Assembly (NCBI GenBank): GCA_964372665.1
Contig: CAYJRE010000003.1
Location: 1 to 57,702, forward strand
Origin: an uncultured archaeon
GTDB taxonomy: Archaea > Iainarchaeota > Iainarchaeia > Iainarchaeales > VGJJ01
Direction of reading: 5' to 3'
DNA length: 57,702 nt
Made by a program: the position numbers and the translations under genes. Positions 7,442-15,941 of this stretch are shown here, piece after piece; the first letter of the stretch is position 1; each line of letters begins with the position of its first letter. The notes under the pieces were generated by a model, which had not been told where the DNA came from, did no database searches, and saw only the letters and a program-made list of their open reading frames with translations.

Positions 7442-9934
7442 ATGCCAGCCAAAGATGAAATTAGAGATGTGAAAGACTTGCCCGGAATCGGTCCCCAAGC
7501 CGCCGAAAAACTCTTTTCTGCCGGATACAAAACCCTCGAAAGCGTAGCGGTAGCCAGCCCAGGGGAACTCCAAGAGGCCGCAGGATTGGGGGATGCGACG
7601 AGCGAAAAAGCCATCAAAGCGGCGCGCGACGCCTTGGAAATGGGGTTCGAGACTGCCGACATTTTGGCGGAAAGACGAAAACTCGTGGGACGCGTAACAA
7701 CCGGATCCAAAGAATTGGATAATTTGATTGGAGGCGGGATAGAATCTCAATCGATTACCGAGGTCTACGGAAAAATGGCGAGCGGGAAATGCGTGGCTAA
7801 AAACACGCCTTTGTTCTATTTGAATCCTGATTTGCCCCACTTGGATTCCATGGAAGAAGTGTATGAAAAATATGCTACCAACGAACGACCGCAGGATGGA
7901 GGATTTCTGGCAGATTTGAACCACCCCATTAGTGTTATTGGGGTTGGATTGGATGGAACCATTCAAAATGCAAATGCCCAACACTTGTTCAAAGAAAAAG
8001 TTTCAGAACTTGTTGAAATCAAAACAAACCAGGGAAATACCGTTCAGTTAACCGAGCAACACCCCTTGCTAACATTGAATGAAAATGGGATTCAATGGAA
8101 ATCGACAGGATTATTAGAAGAAGGAGATTATATTGGAACGCCCGCTGCCATCAGTCAAAATGGGACAACACAACTTACGGAAGACGAAGCCTATTTTTTA
8201 GGATTGTTTGTAGCAGAGGGATGTAGCAACCCGTTAAGCATCACTATTTTTGATGAAAAAACATTGAACTGGCTCCAAGCATTTATTCGACAGCGATTTG
8301 GATACGAAGCACGGATTGTTCCCAAGAAACACTTGATTATTTTCCAAAAACCCACACGCGAATGGATGGGAAAATTGGCCCATACGAATTCCTACACCAA
8401 ATTTGTGCCCGAAAGGGTATTACAATCCAATGATTCTGCCATTAAAGCATTCCTGCGGGGGTATATCGACGGGGATGGAGAGGCGAATAAGGTTATCGCC
8501 ACATCTACGCGCTCTAAACAATTGAACACCCAATTATCATATTTGTTTGCACGCATGGGAATTCAAGTAAGCCAGCGCATTCGCACCGTAACGGGAAAGC
8601 CCCATTACTTGACGTATGTGACGGACACCCAAAGCAAGCAGAAAGTAAAAGAAATTCTCCAAAAAAGCCATTTGAAACCGAATACTACGCTGAATCCCGA
8701 AAATAGTGGAACACACGATGGAATACCCACTAAACCTATTGATTCCATTATCAAAAGGGCATACCATCAGCTTTCGGGATCGCGAAGACGAACTAACCAG
8801 TGGAGCAAAAAAGAATTTTTGGGTGGAAAATACAATACTGTTTGGTTATCCTTCTTTGCCACCAAACGAAAATCAATGGGTACAAGCGAAGAAACCCTGC
8901 GAAAAATAACCGGGTTTTTTGACCAACGATTAAAAGAAATGGGAGAAACGTACGAATGGCTGAAAAACCCGACCCCTGCAAATGTAAAAAAATCCTTAAC
9001 AATACTGCCATTTCAAACAGCCGACATCCGGAAAAAAATGGGATTGAAAAGAAGCACATTCCAAAACTATATGACAAGACATTTGTCCAAAGAAAAAGCG
9101 GTCGAAATAGCATCCGTATTACGGAAGATGGTTGAGGAACGGGTTTCAAATCCTTCATTGACCCAAGACACCAAAACACTGAAAATGCTGGAAACAGGAA
9201 CCATCAAATGGGAAAAAATAGCATCCAAGCAAAAAGTCCCCTACAACGACTGGGTGTATGACTTAACCGTACCCGGAATCCACAGCTTCATTGGAGGAGA
9301 AAAACCCATTTTCCTGCACAACACCCAATGGTGCTTCCAAACCGCGGTAACGGTACAAAAGCCGGTAGAAGAAGGCGGACTCGCAGGAAACTGCTTGTAC
9401 ATTGATTCGGAGAATTCTTTTCGACCGGAAAGAATCGTATCCATTGCGGAAGCGAATGGCATGAATCCGGAGAAAGTGCTCAAAAATATTTACGTGGCGC
9501 GCGCGTACAACGCGGACCACCAAATGCTGCTCGCAGAAAAGGCGGGGGAGATGATTAAAGAAAAAAACATCAAACTCATGATCGTGGACTCGTTAACAGC
9601 CCAATTCCGGAGCGAATTCATCGGACGCGGACAACTCGCGGATCGGCAACAACGGTTGAACAAGCACATGCGTGTGCTGCAACGATTGGCAGAAATGAAC
9701 AATGTCGCAGTACTGGTTACCAATCAAGTCATGGAGCGGCCGGATATTTTGTTCGGGGACCCTACTGCGCCCATCGGAGGGAATGTGGTCGGGCACGCGT
9801 CCAAGACCAGGCTGTATCTGCGCAAGGGAAAAGAGAACAAGCGCATTGCCAAACTCGTGGATTCCCCTTCGTTGCCGGATGGGGAAGCGGTGTACGCGGT
9901 CACGGAACGCGGAATCGAGGACACGGAAGAATGA
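7442..9934 (+). CDS. radA: DNA repair and recombination protein RadA, interrupted by an intein
   Basis: HhH N-domain (LPGIGPQAAEKL), a split P-loop GKMASGK|C...HN|TQ, Walker B LMIVDS, and the conserved RadA C-terminus. The exteins sum to 319 aa. Confidence 0.9.
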   Translation: MPAKDEIRDVKDLPGIGPQAAEKLFSAGYKTLESVAVASPGELQEAAGLGDATSEKAIKAARDALEMGFETADILAERRKLVGRVTTGSKELDNLIGGGIESQSITEVYGKMASGKCVAKNTPLFYLNPDLPHLDSMEEVYEKYATNERPQDGGFLADLNHPISVIGVGLDGTIQNANAQHLFKEKVSELVEIKTNQGNTVQLTEQHPLLTLNENGIQWKSTGLLEEGDYIGTPAAISQNGTTQLTEDEAYFLGLFVAEGCSNPLSITIFDEKTLNWLQAFIRQRFGYEARIVPKKHLIIFQKPTREWMGKLAHTNSYTKFVPERVLQSNDSAIKAFLRGYIDGDGEANKVIATSTRSKQLNTQLSYLFARMGIQVSQRIRTVTGKPHYLTYVTDTQSKQKVKEILQKSHLKPNTTLNPENSGTHDGIPTKPIDSIIKRAYHQLSGSRRRTNQWSKKEFLGGKYNTVWLSFFATKRKSMGTSEETLRKITGFFDQRLKEMGETYEWLKNPTPANVKKSLTILPFQTADIRKKMGLKRSTFQNYMTRHLSKEKAVEIASVLRKMVEERVSNPSLTQDTKTLKMLETGTIKWEKIASKQKVPYNDWVYDLTVPGIHSFIGGEKPIFLHNTQWCFQTAVTVQKPVEEGGLAGNCLYIDSENSFRPERIVSIAEANGMNPEKVLKNIYVARAYNADHQMLLAEKAGEMIKEKNIKLMIVDSLTAQFRSEFIGRGQLADRQQRLNKHMRVLQRLAEMNNVAVLVTNQVMERPDILFGDPTAPIGGNVVGHASKTRLYLRKGKENKRIAKLVDSPSLPDGEAVYAVTERGIEDTEE
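7790..9322 (+). mobile_element. Intein (511 aa) with LAGLIDADG homing-endonuclease domain, inserted in the RadA P-loop
   Basis: Cys1 is at codon 117, directly after GKMASGK. The C-terminal end is FLHN followed by +1 Thr of TQ. Two LAGLIDADG blocks are present: LGLFVAEGC and FLRGYIDGDGE. Confidence 0.85.
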
Positions 9935-9944
9935 CGAGCAAAAC

Positions 9945-9978
9945 AACGGGCCCAAAAGCCCGTTCCTTTTTTCCTTTT
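9945..9978 (+). terminator. Hairpin plus T-rich tract downstream of radA
   Basis: aacgggc-ccaaaa-gcccgtt (7 bp stem) followed by ccttttttcctttt, 11 nt after the radA stop. Confidence 0.45.
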
Positions 9979-10022
9979 AGTGATTGAATGAAGGGCACGA
10001 TTCCGGTTGCAATACATCCAAT

Positions 10023-10076
10023 CGCGACACTCCCCTGCCTGAAAGGCAGGGGCTTCGGGCGCGAGAGTGTCAGTGA
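10023..10076. repeat. Short copy of a MITE-like or structured repeat (inverted ends gacactc/gagtgtc around a CCTGAAAGG hairpin)
   Basis: cgcgacactcccctgcctgaaaggcaggggcttcgggcgcgagagtgtcagtga. Its ends and core are nearly identical to 36139..36265, which carries an extra ~70-nt internal segment. Confidence 0.5.
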
Positions 10077-10141
10077 GCCAGAAAGCAACGGGAGGATCTT
10101 CGCCCGTGGACAAATGGGGCGGGAATAAAAAGGAAATAGGG

Positions 10142-10173
10142 ATGATGAAAGCATGACTGAAATAGTTCATCAT
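10142..10173. promoter_or_regulatory. 8-bp inverted repeat (atgatgaa N16 ttcatcat) upstream of a small basic ORF
   Basis: Perfect inverted repeat about 40 nt upstream of ATG 10212. Possible operator; this rests on position only. Confidence 0.2.
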
Positions 10174-10211
10174 GCATGCCCGACAGCCGTGGAAGAGAGA
10201 GGACAAAAAAC

Positions 10212-10430
10212 ATGAACCCGGGAAGAAGACCGCCTCGAAACAAGGGAAAGGGGAGAACGCCCCTCACCGAACGATTGAGGAAGAACAACTGGGCCCCCGG
10301 TAGTGCCGCCCATTTTCTATCGCAAAAACAGGGGCAGGGAGTGCATCTCAACTTGATTGCCATAAATCTGGGAGCGACGCGCGAACAGGTGGTTGCGGCA
10401 CTACGACGGATCGCGAGGCAAAAAAAATGA
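10212..10430 (+). CDS. Small basic hypothetical protein (possible DNA-binding)
   Basis: 72 aa from ATG 10212. The stop overlaps the next start (ATGA). The C-terminal INLGATREQVVAALRRIARQ looks helix-turn-helix-like. Coding status is uncertain. Confidence 0.35.
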   Translation: MNPGRRPPRNKGKGRTPLTERLRKNNWAPGSAAHFLSQKQGQGVHLNLIAINLGATREQVVAALRRIARQKK

Positions 10431-10747
10431 CTGAACTGTTTTACGAAGCGTATTTGAAGGCCGTGGAGAAATTCAAGCAGAATGCGGGGACGGTGAACGA
10501 GGCCTATGGCGCATGGAAAACCCAGGTCATGGCTGCGGGGGCCTTGGACAAGAAAACGAAGGAATTGATGGCCCTCACGGCCGCGTGCGCCATTCAGTGC
10601 GAGTACTGCATCGACTCGCATGCGCAGAAAGCCAAAGCGTATGGCGCCACCGAAAAGGAGGTGTCGGAAGCCATCATGGTCGCGGCCATCGTGAAAGCCG
10701 GAACCGTGATTAGTTACGGGGTCAAAGCATTGGAACACTACGAGTAA
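10427..10747 (+). CDS. Carboxymuconolactone decarboxylase / AhpD-like family protein
   Basis: ELMALTAACAIQCEYCIDSH contains the CxxC of the AhpD/CMD core; 106 aa is the typical size. Confidence 0.85.
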   Translation: MTELFYEAYLKAVEKFKQNAGTVNEAYGAWKTQVMAAGALDKKTKELMALTAACAIQCEYCIDSHAQKAKAYGATEKEVSEAIMVAAIVKAGTVISYGVKALEHYE

Positions 10748-10998
10748 GCCTCTTCCAAATCGTGGACAGCCTCATCCAACCCATCGGAAAACTCATCGTC
10801 CTCATTTGAGGAAGAGGAAACAGGCGAGGTTGAATCGATTTGATCCGGCGTAGGAATAGGGGGGGCGGGGTTGGTCGTTTCTTGTTGGATGGGGGGAGTC
10901 AACTGGGTTTTTTCAGCCGTGGAGCTTTTTTCATAGGATTGGGTGCACCCGCTCAATAAAACCAAAATCAGAAAACCGAAAGCTATTTTGGAGGTCAT
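10738..10998 (-). CDS. Putative lipoprotein with acidic Pro/Ser/Thr-rich mature part
   Basis: MTSKIAFGFLILVLLSGC has a lipobox-like LSGC. ATG 10998 overlaps the upstream stop (ATGA). Confidence 0.55.
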   Translation of the reverse strand: MTSKIAFGFLILVLLSGCTQSYEKSSTAEKTQLTPPIQQETTNPAPPIPTPDQIDSTSPVSSSSNEDDEFSDGLDEAVHDLEEAYS

Positions 10999-11693
10999 TC
11001 GGTTTCCTCCGGCAACGAATCCTTGATTTGCCCGACAAACGCGCTCCACTTGGATTGGACTTCGCGAATCAATTGGATTTTCGCGTCCTTGCTACCTAAC
11101 CCTGAGTATTTCTGCTTGGTTTCCTCGATGTACTGGATGAAGGCCACGACCTGATCCCGGGGAGCGCCTTCATCATGAAAGTAAAGCGCTTTTTGAGAGA
11201 GTTGATACAAGCGGAACTTGACCAGCTTGCCCACATTCACCCGCAATTTTTGCTTGCATACCGCTTTGTTTGCCGTATTGAGCGTTTCACATTGGGCCCG
11301 TTCATCTTTGATCGGATTCAATAACCCAATCGCGGCGCGAGCGCACGAAACTCTTTCCGAGTCGCTTTCGTTCAACCAACACGGTTGAACCGAGGCGTAG
11401 AAATCATAACAATCGATTTTTCCCTGCAGAACTTTGGAACGGCATTCTTCGGGTTGGTAATCCAATGCACCCGTCACTGGAAATCCTAAGCGGCACACGA
11501 TGCGCTCAGCCATGGATGGTTGCTCCCTGCAACCGAAACCGGATTCGCGCGCGGCAATTTCACTCTGTACAACCAATTCTTCCGGAGAAGGACCCGAGTT
11601 TCCGCCACCGCCACCGCCACCGCCACCGCCTCCGACTCCGAGTACGAACGGGAAAAAAAGAACCAAAACCAATAGAACCAAAAACAGGTTCAT
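10995..11693 (-). CDS. Secreted Cys-rich hypothetical protein with an 11-Gly tract
   Basis: Signal-like MNLFLVLLVLVLFFPFVLG, then G x11, then a domain with 10 Cys. ATG at 11693. Confidence 0.6.
   Translation of the reverse strand: MNLFLVLLVLVLFFPFVLGVGGGGGGGGGGGNSGPSPEELVVQSEIAARESGFGCREQPSMAERIVCRLGFPVTGALDYQPEECRSKVLQGKIDCYDFYASVQPCWLNESDSERVSCARAAIGLLNPIKDERAQCETLNTANKAVCKQKLRVNVGKLVKFRLYQLSQKALYFHDEGAPRDQVVAFIQYIEETKQKYSGLGSKDAKIQLIREVQSKWSAFVGQIKDSLPEETE
11601..11633. repeat. (GGY)11 simple repeat encoding poly-Gly
   Basis: tccgccaccgccaccgccaccgccaccgcctcc on the + strand, which is 11 consecutive Gly codons on the - strand. Confidence 0.9.
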
Positions 11694-11734
11694 GCAAATA
11701 AACACTATTTTAGACTATAAATGGGTTTCTTCGA

Positions 11735-12337
11735 TTAGTCCTGCGCCCAATGCCATCCGGCGAACAAACGGTAATATTCCTGGTAAAAAAACAAGAAATC
11801 GTGGCCTCTTTTTCGGCCTAACCGGCGGACCAATCCGGACTGGTGGGCTAAAAACTGGTGCATATACGGGTTTTCTTCCGCGAGAACGGAAAGCTGCGAG
11901 AATATTTCTCTATTTCGGAGGGATTTTTCATGAACACCGACGCGAAGCAAGGCATAGTGCGCGGCCTCGCGGGAAACCTGTTGAAAAAAATGTCGATTGG
12001 AGTAAGGCTGTTTTTGTTTCAACGTGTGCAGTTGCCTGTCGAGCGCATCAAGCTCATCAAACAATTTTCTGGCCAATTGAGATTTGAAATAGGGATCCTT
12101 TTTTTCTACTCCCTCCAACGCTGAAGTGACTTCCCGATAACGCGATTCCCACGCACGGTATTCAGCGCTTTGTTGAATGGGTGCTGCATGGAGCCGAGAT
12201 CGCTCTCGGATATCTGAACGAATCCGTTCCACCTCGGAATCGGTACGAGCGACGCGTCGGGCTTCCTGTTTGGCGGACCAGCCTGGAAAAAATCCCCGTG
12301 CCACATGAACGGCCCAACGCTTGACACGACTCTTCAT
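11735..12337 (-). CDS. Hypothetical protein (helical, Arg-rich)
   Basis: 200-aa ORF with ordinary composition; no motif recognised. Confidence 0.5.
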   Translation of the reverse strand: MKSRVKRWAVHVARGFFPGWSAKQEARRVARTDSEVERIRSDIRERSRLHAAPIQQSAEYRAWESRYREVTSALEGVEKKDPYFKSQLARKLFDELDALDRQLHTLKQKQPYSNRHFFQQVSREAAHYALLRVGVHEKSLRNREIFSQLSVLAEENPYMHQFLAHQSGLVRRLGRKRGHDFLFFYQEYYRLFAGWHWAQD

Positions 12338-12370
12338 CCCATCAAAGAGAACAGAGGGGTATAAAATGCC

Positions 12371-12751
12371 TCATTTCCGAGAAACGATTTCGAGGGGACT
12401 CTTCAACGGGGATTGCGGAGTCGCGGACTCCAAGGGGTATACCTCGATCACGGGCTCCTCGTACGGGTGAATCGAACGCAAAATCTTCACGACCTCGAAT
12501 ACCTTGGATTCGGCGCACGTGGATTCCACGCGGACCTCCTGAATCATCTCTCTCCGGTTCAATCGGCCCTTGAAGGGCTTGCTCCCTTTCAATGCGATCC
12601 ACGTCCCATGCCCAAAAGTCAAAAAGGCCGCGCCCTCATATTTGCCATTACCAACCTGCCCACACCCATTTTGGTGAAGCACGTTTAGCGCGGGCTCCAA
12701 ATGCGTTTTTGGAACATAAAAAACGATTTTCACACACTTATTCTCCCCCAT
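12371..12751 (-). CDS. Stand-alone PII-like / NIF3-insert-like (COG3323-type) protein
   Basis: KIVFYVPKTHLEPALNVLHQNGCGQVGNGKYEGAAF...VESTCAESKVFEVVKILRSIHPYEEPVIEVYPL resembles the ferredoxin-like insert domain of the YqfO/NIF3 family. This rests on memory of the family pattern only. Confidence 0.5.
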   Translation of the reverse strand: MGENKCVKIVFYVPKTHLEPALNVLHQNGCGQVGNGKYEGAAFLTFGHGTWIALKGSKPFKGRLNRREMIQEVRVESTCAESKVFEVVKILRSIHPYEEPVIEVYPLESATPQSPLKSPLEIVSRK

Positions 12752-12772
12752 TTTTCTTCCCCCCTAAAAATC

Positions 12773-13507
12773 TCACCATTTTTCAATAAACACGTTTTCT
12801 GGAACGAATTTTTTCTCCTGTAAGCAAAACTGGACCAACTCTTCCGCAACCTCTGGCTTACCACAAATGTAAACCTTGGCCTTATCCAAACGCTTGGGAG
12901 AAAAATCCTGCAAAATGTCTTGAATGTGGCCTTCATAAAAACCCCAACCATTGTTCGGGCGAGAAGCAATGGGAAACGCTTTGAAATTGGAATGTTTTTC
13001 TTGCAAGCGCTCGAGCTCTTCGCGGTACATGAATTGTTCCGGGTAACGAAAACCAAAAAACAAGGTAATGGGAACAGTCTTTTTTTTATGCAACAGCGTG
13101 CGAATCATCGAAACGAGGGGAGCAACTCCAGTCCCGGTTCCCAAAAAAAAATATTCAGGGGCGTTTTCATCCAACAAAAATTTTCCAAACGCGCCTTTCA
13201 CCAAAATCTCTTCCCCCCGCTTCAAATTCATGAGCCGATGGGAAACCCCGGCAGGGGTTCCATCTCCGATGCAAAACTCGAGCAATCCCTTTTGCTCGGG
13301 AGAAGAAGAAATGGAATAGGATGCCCACTTCAACAGATTGGGATTGGCAAGCAACCGGACATCCTGGTGGGCAATCATCGCGAATTGGCCCGAAACAAAT
13401 GGCATTTGAACATGGGAGGGCAGCCCGCACTCAAAGACACGCGTAGAAGCACCGTCTGGAGCCGGATAATCCACCACGCGCGTTATGTTGGTTTTGAATT
13501 CAGGCAT
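12773..13507 (-). CDS. FAD/NAD(P)-binding oxidoreductase (ferredoxin-NADP reductase-like)
   Basis: ASYSISS (RxYS-type FAD motif), GTGTGVAPLVSM (NAD(P) motif), and CGKPE near the C-terminus. ATG 13507 is preferred; ATG 13561 would overlap the upstream gene. Confidence 0.8.
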   Translation of the reverse strand: MPEFKTNITRVVDYPAPDGASTRVFECGLPSHVQMPFVSGQFAMIAHQDVRLLANPNLLKWASYSISSSPEQKGLLEFCIGDGTPAGVSHRLMNLKRGEEILVKGAFGKFLLDENAPEYFFLGTGTGVAPLVSMIRTLLHKKKTVPITLFFGFRYPEQFMYREELERLQEKHSNFKAFPIASRPNNGWGFYEGHIQDILQDFSPKRLDKAKVYICGKPEVAEELVQFCLQEKKFVPENVFIEKW

Positions 13508-13542
13508 ACTGTTAAACCAGTCAGAATGCTTAAAAACAGGGG

Positions 13543-14697
13543 TTATAGACCGCGCTTCCATTGCTTGAACCGGCGCAAAACTTCGTTCTCCAGCGAATCA
13601 CACGCCTTCTTCGTGGCACGCAAGACACGCCAATCCCATTCCTCCGCATGCACGGTTTTCCCGACCCCATGAACCGTAATATGGACCTCAGTCCTCGCTC
13701 GCAAGCCTGCTTTCTGGACTTGCTTATACACCACATGCATCTCGGGATCGGCCTTCAAAATCTTGCACATTTTTTGATAGGTACGGAAAAGCATGGATTC
13801 CACATTTGCTTTGTCTATTTCATCCAATTCCGGAACATGTGTTATTGCAATTTTGGGTGGAGAGCTTGGCAAATCACTCTGCTTCAAAAAAACATCGAGT
13901 ACAGATTGAACCGAAATGATGCCGTGCAAACCGTTCTCGGAGACAATGATTAAAGGATTGGGCTGGTCGGCCATCCGCTTCAATACTGCTTTCCCTTTTT
14001 CACGAGGGGAAACAACCGAAAAATCTTCGTGCATGATGGATTTAACCGAAATATTCTTGAATGCGGCGATGGGAATCGATTGGGAGGACCTCCCCAAACG
14101 ATACGATTCACGCTTCTTTCGCTTCGCCCCCAACAAGAACTGCGTAGCAATATCTTCGAGCTTCAACACCCCGATGAGATTACCTTTTTTGTCCAACACC
14201 GGAACCTTTCGAATATTATTCTCTTTCAACAATCGAACCACTTTCCCCAAATCATCACCCTCATGCACCACAACAGGATTGGGGGAAGACATCTCTTTCG
14301 CAGTCACGTTCTCAAACGCCGGATACTGGTGGAATGTTTTCAACAGGTCCCGAGCATGAACAACCCCCTTCACTTTCCCGGCCTCAATCACTGGGAGTAG
14401 ACGAACATCGGCGTCCCGCATGAGACGCGCCAGTTTCTCCAACGAGTCACGCATCGACGCCATCGGAACCGAACGCATGAGGGTGGAAACCCTTGTTTTG
14501 GTCACATCCACGTTGCGCAAAAGACCGGAATCAGAAACCAATCCTACCAACTCCCCTTCGTGAAAGACGAGGGCATGAACATCCTTCCCCTTCCGCAGGC
14601 CGGCCAAAAGCTTTGATACGGGTTGATCCCCATCAATCGAAACAAAATCCGATGAAACCAACTCGGAAGCCAAAATGGTGCGTGTGTTGACGGGCAT
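13543..14697 (-). CDS. Four-CBS-domain protein with C-terminal HPF/RaiA-like domain
   Basis: Four repeats of the CBS pattern (for example VPVLDKKGNLIGVLKLEDI). The last ~100 aa (KIAITHVPELDE...EVHITVHGVGKTVHAEEWDWRVLRATKKACDSLENEVLRRFKQWK) resemble ribosome hibernation factor S30AE. Confidence 0.7.
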   Translation of the reverse strand: MPVNTRTILASELVSSDFVSIDGDQPVSKLLAGLRKGKDVHALVFHEGELVGLVSDSGLLRNVDVTKTRVSTLMRSVPMASMRDSLEKLARLMRDADVRLLPVIEAGKVKGVVHARDLLKTFHQYPAFENVTAKEMSSPNPVVVHEGDDLGKVVRLLKENNIRKVPVLDKKGNLIGVLKLEDIATQFLLGAKRKKRESYRLGRSSQSIPIAAFKNISVKSIMHEDFSVVSPREKGKAVLKRMADQPNPLIIVSENGLHGIISVQSVLDVFLKQSDLPSSPPKIAITHVPELDEIDKANVESMLFRTYQKMCKILKADPEMHVVYKQVQKAGLRARTEVHITVHGVGKTVHAEEWDWRVLRATKKACDSLENEVLRRFKQWKRGL

Positions 14698-14777
14698 AAA
14701 AAGAGTCTTCCCCCAGAAAAAACAAACCACAAAAAAAAGAAAAACGTAGTTTAATAACCAATCGCCCCAAAAAAAAA

Positions 14778-15896
14778 CTATTCCGAGCGGTAGGCGCGAA
14801 GAAAACCCAAACGATAGGAAGAAAATTCCCCCTCTCGAACGGCAGTTCGAGCCCCCTCCACCATCTTTTGAACAAAAAACAGGTTGTGCTGGGTCAAAAA
14901 ACGAAAACCACTCTCCTCATTGTTCTTGGTTAAATGATGAATCAACGCCTTGGAATAATGCTCACAAACAAAACAAGAACAATTCTCATCCAAGGAAGAA
15001 AAATCGTTCGCGTATTTGTTATTCTTTATCGAAATGCGTCCGGACGAAGTCAACGCAAGGCCATGCCTGGCCGTGCGCGCGGGAAACACGCTATCAAAAA
15101 TGTCTGCGCCCAACGAAATGGCTTGAAGAATGTCCTCCGGTGTGCCCAAACCCATGACGTACAGGGGAATTTTTTCATCCATCATTTCTCGCGCCATCGA
15201 GATGATATTATACATCACGGATTTTGGTTCCCCAATCGCCAATCCTCCTAATGCCAATCCGTCGAAACCCATTCCATTCAGCTCAAGCAATCCCTTTTTG
15301 CGCAAATCCAAGAACGTTCCGCCTTGCGAAATACCAAACAACAACTGTTTTTTGCCCGAATGCGAATCCCGGCAACGCTTCGCCCAATGCAGCGTGCGTT
15401 GCAACGTTTCGGCATAGAAAGGCTTTCCCTTAGCCTCACCGAAACGGGGAACATCATCCAAACACATCGCGACATCAGCGCCTAATTCTTGTTGGACCAT
15501 CATGCATTTTTCGGGCGTGAACAATTCCGATTTTTTGGTAAAGGGATTATTCAAAACAATCCCTTCCTCTTTTCGCTCCCGCAAAAAGGTTTCATCCAAA
15601 ATCTGGAATCCTCCTGAATCCGTGAACAGGCCGTGATCCCAATTCATGAACTTATGCAATCCGCCTGCTTTCTTCACCACACTCAAACCCGGACGCAAAT
15701 AGAAAATAAACGCGTTGGAAATCAGGCATTCAATGCCCATCTCCGAAACCTCGTGCATCGACAAATGCTTCACGCTGCCTTTGGTTGCCACGGGCATGAA
15801 AAAAGGGGTTTCGATGGTGCCGTGGCCGAGATGCATTTTCCCCACGCGCGCGAAGGATTTTTTATCCATGTGGGAAAGGGAAAAAGTCATTGCCAT
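14778..15896 (-). CDS. tgt: tRNA-guanine transglycosylase family protein (catalytic domain only)
   Basis: TPFFMPVATKGSVK, LFTDSGGFQ, and the zinc site CSCFVCEH...HH. About 372 aa with no PUA extension. Confidence 0.85.
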   Translation of the reverse strand: MAMTFSLSHMDKKSFARVGKMHLGHGTIETPFFMPVATKGSVKHLSMHEVSEMGIECLISNAFIFYLRPGLSVVKKAGGLHKFMNWDHGLFTDSGGFQILDETFLRERKEEGIVLNNPFTKKSELFTPEKCMMVQQELGADVAMCLDDVPRFGEAKGKPFYAETLQRTLHWAKRCRDSHSGKKQLLFGISQGGTFLDLRKKGLLELNGMGFDGLALGGLAIGEPKSVMYNIISMAREMMDEKIPLYVMGLGTPEDILQAISLGADIFDSVFPARTARHGLALTSSGRISIKNNKYANDFSSLDENCSCFVCEHYSKALIHHLTKNNEESGFRFLTQHNLFFVQKMVEGARTAVREGEFSSYRLGFLRAYRSE

Positions 15897-15941
15897 AGCC
15901 AAGGAATGAAAACGGACAACGTTATAATTTAAATGGAAGGA

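Noticed and set aside
7337-9955. Antisense or off-frame ORFs inside radA and its intein (7337..7984, 8793..9179, 9593..9955 and others).
   Set aside because: The + strand frame gives an uninterrupted, motif-rich RadA plus intein. The alternative frames have no recognisable features.
10141-10185. Possible C/D box sRNA (gatgatga ... ctga).
   Set aside because: The spacing between the C-like and D'-like boxes is about 8 nt rather than about 12. No C'/D pair or terminal stem is present. The sequence is better described as an 8-bp inverted repeat.
9979-10211. Possible SRP RNA or RNase P RNA in the radA-downstream spacer (gtcagtgagccagaaagcaac resembles the SRP helix 8 strand).
   Set aside because: No complementary 5'/3' closing helix was found, there is no GNAR tetraloop context, no RNase P CR-I/CR-V blocks (GAGGAAAGUCC and so on), and the core is duplicated at 36.2 kb. 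A covariance-model scan is needed to be sure.
9724-10738. Long - strand ORFs 9724..10206 (160 aa) and 10070..10738 (222 aa).
   Set aside because: They lie antisense to radA, the small ORF and the AhpD-like gene, or span the repeat-containing spacer. Their Arg/Gly/His/Pro-rich composition is typical of shadow frames, and no motifs were recognised.
11500-12087. + strand ORF containing a PPPPPPPPPP run.
   Set aside because: It is the antisense reading of the poly-Gly repeat and of gene 11735..12337, so it is a shadow ORF.
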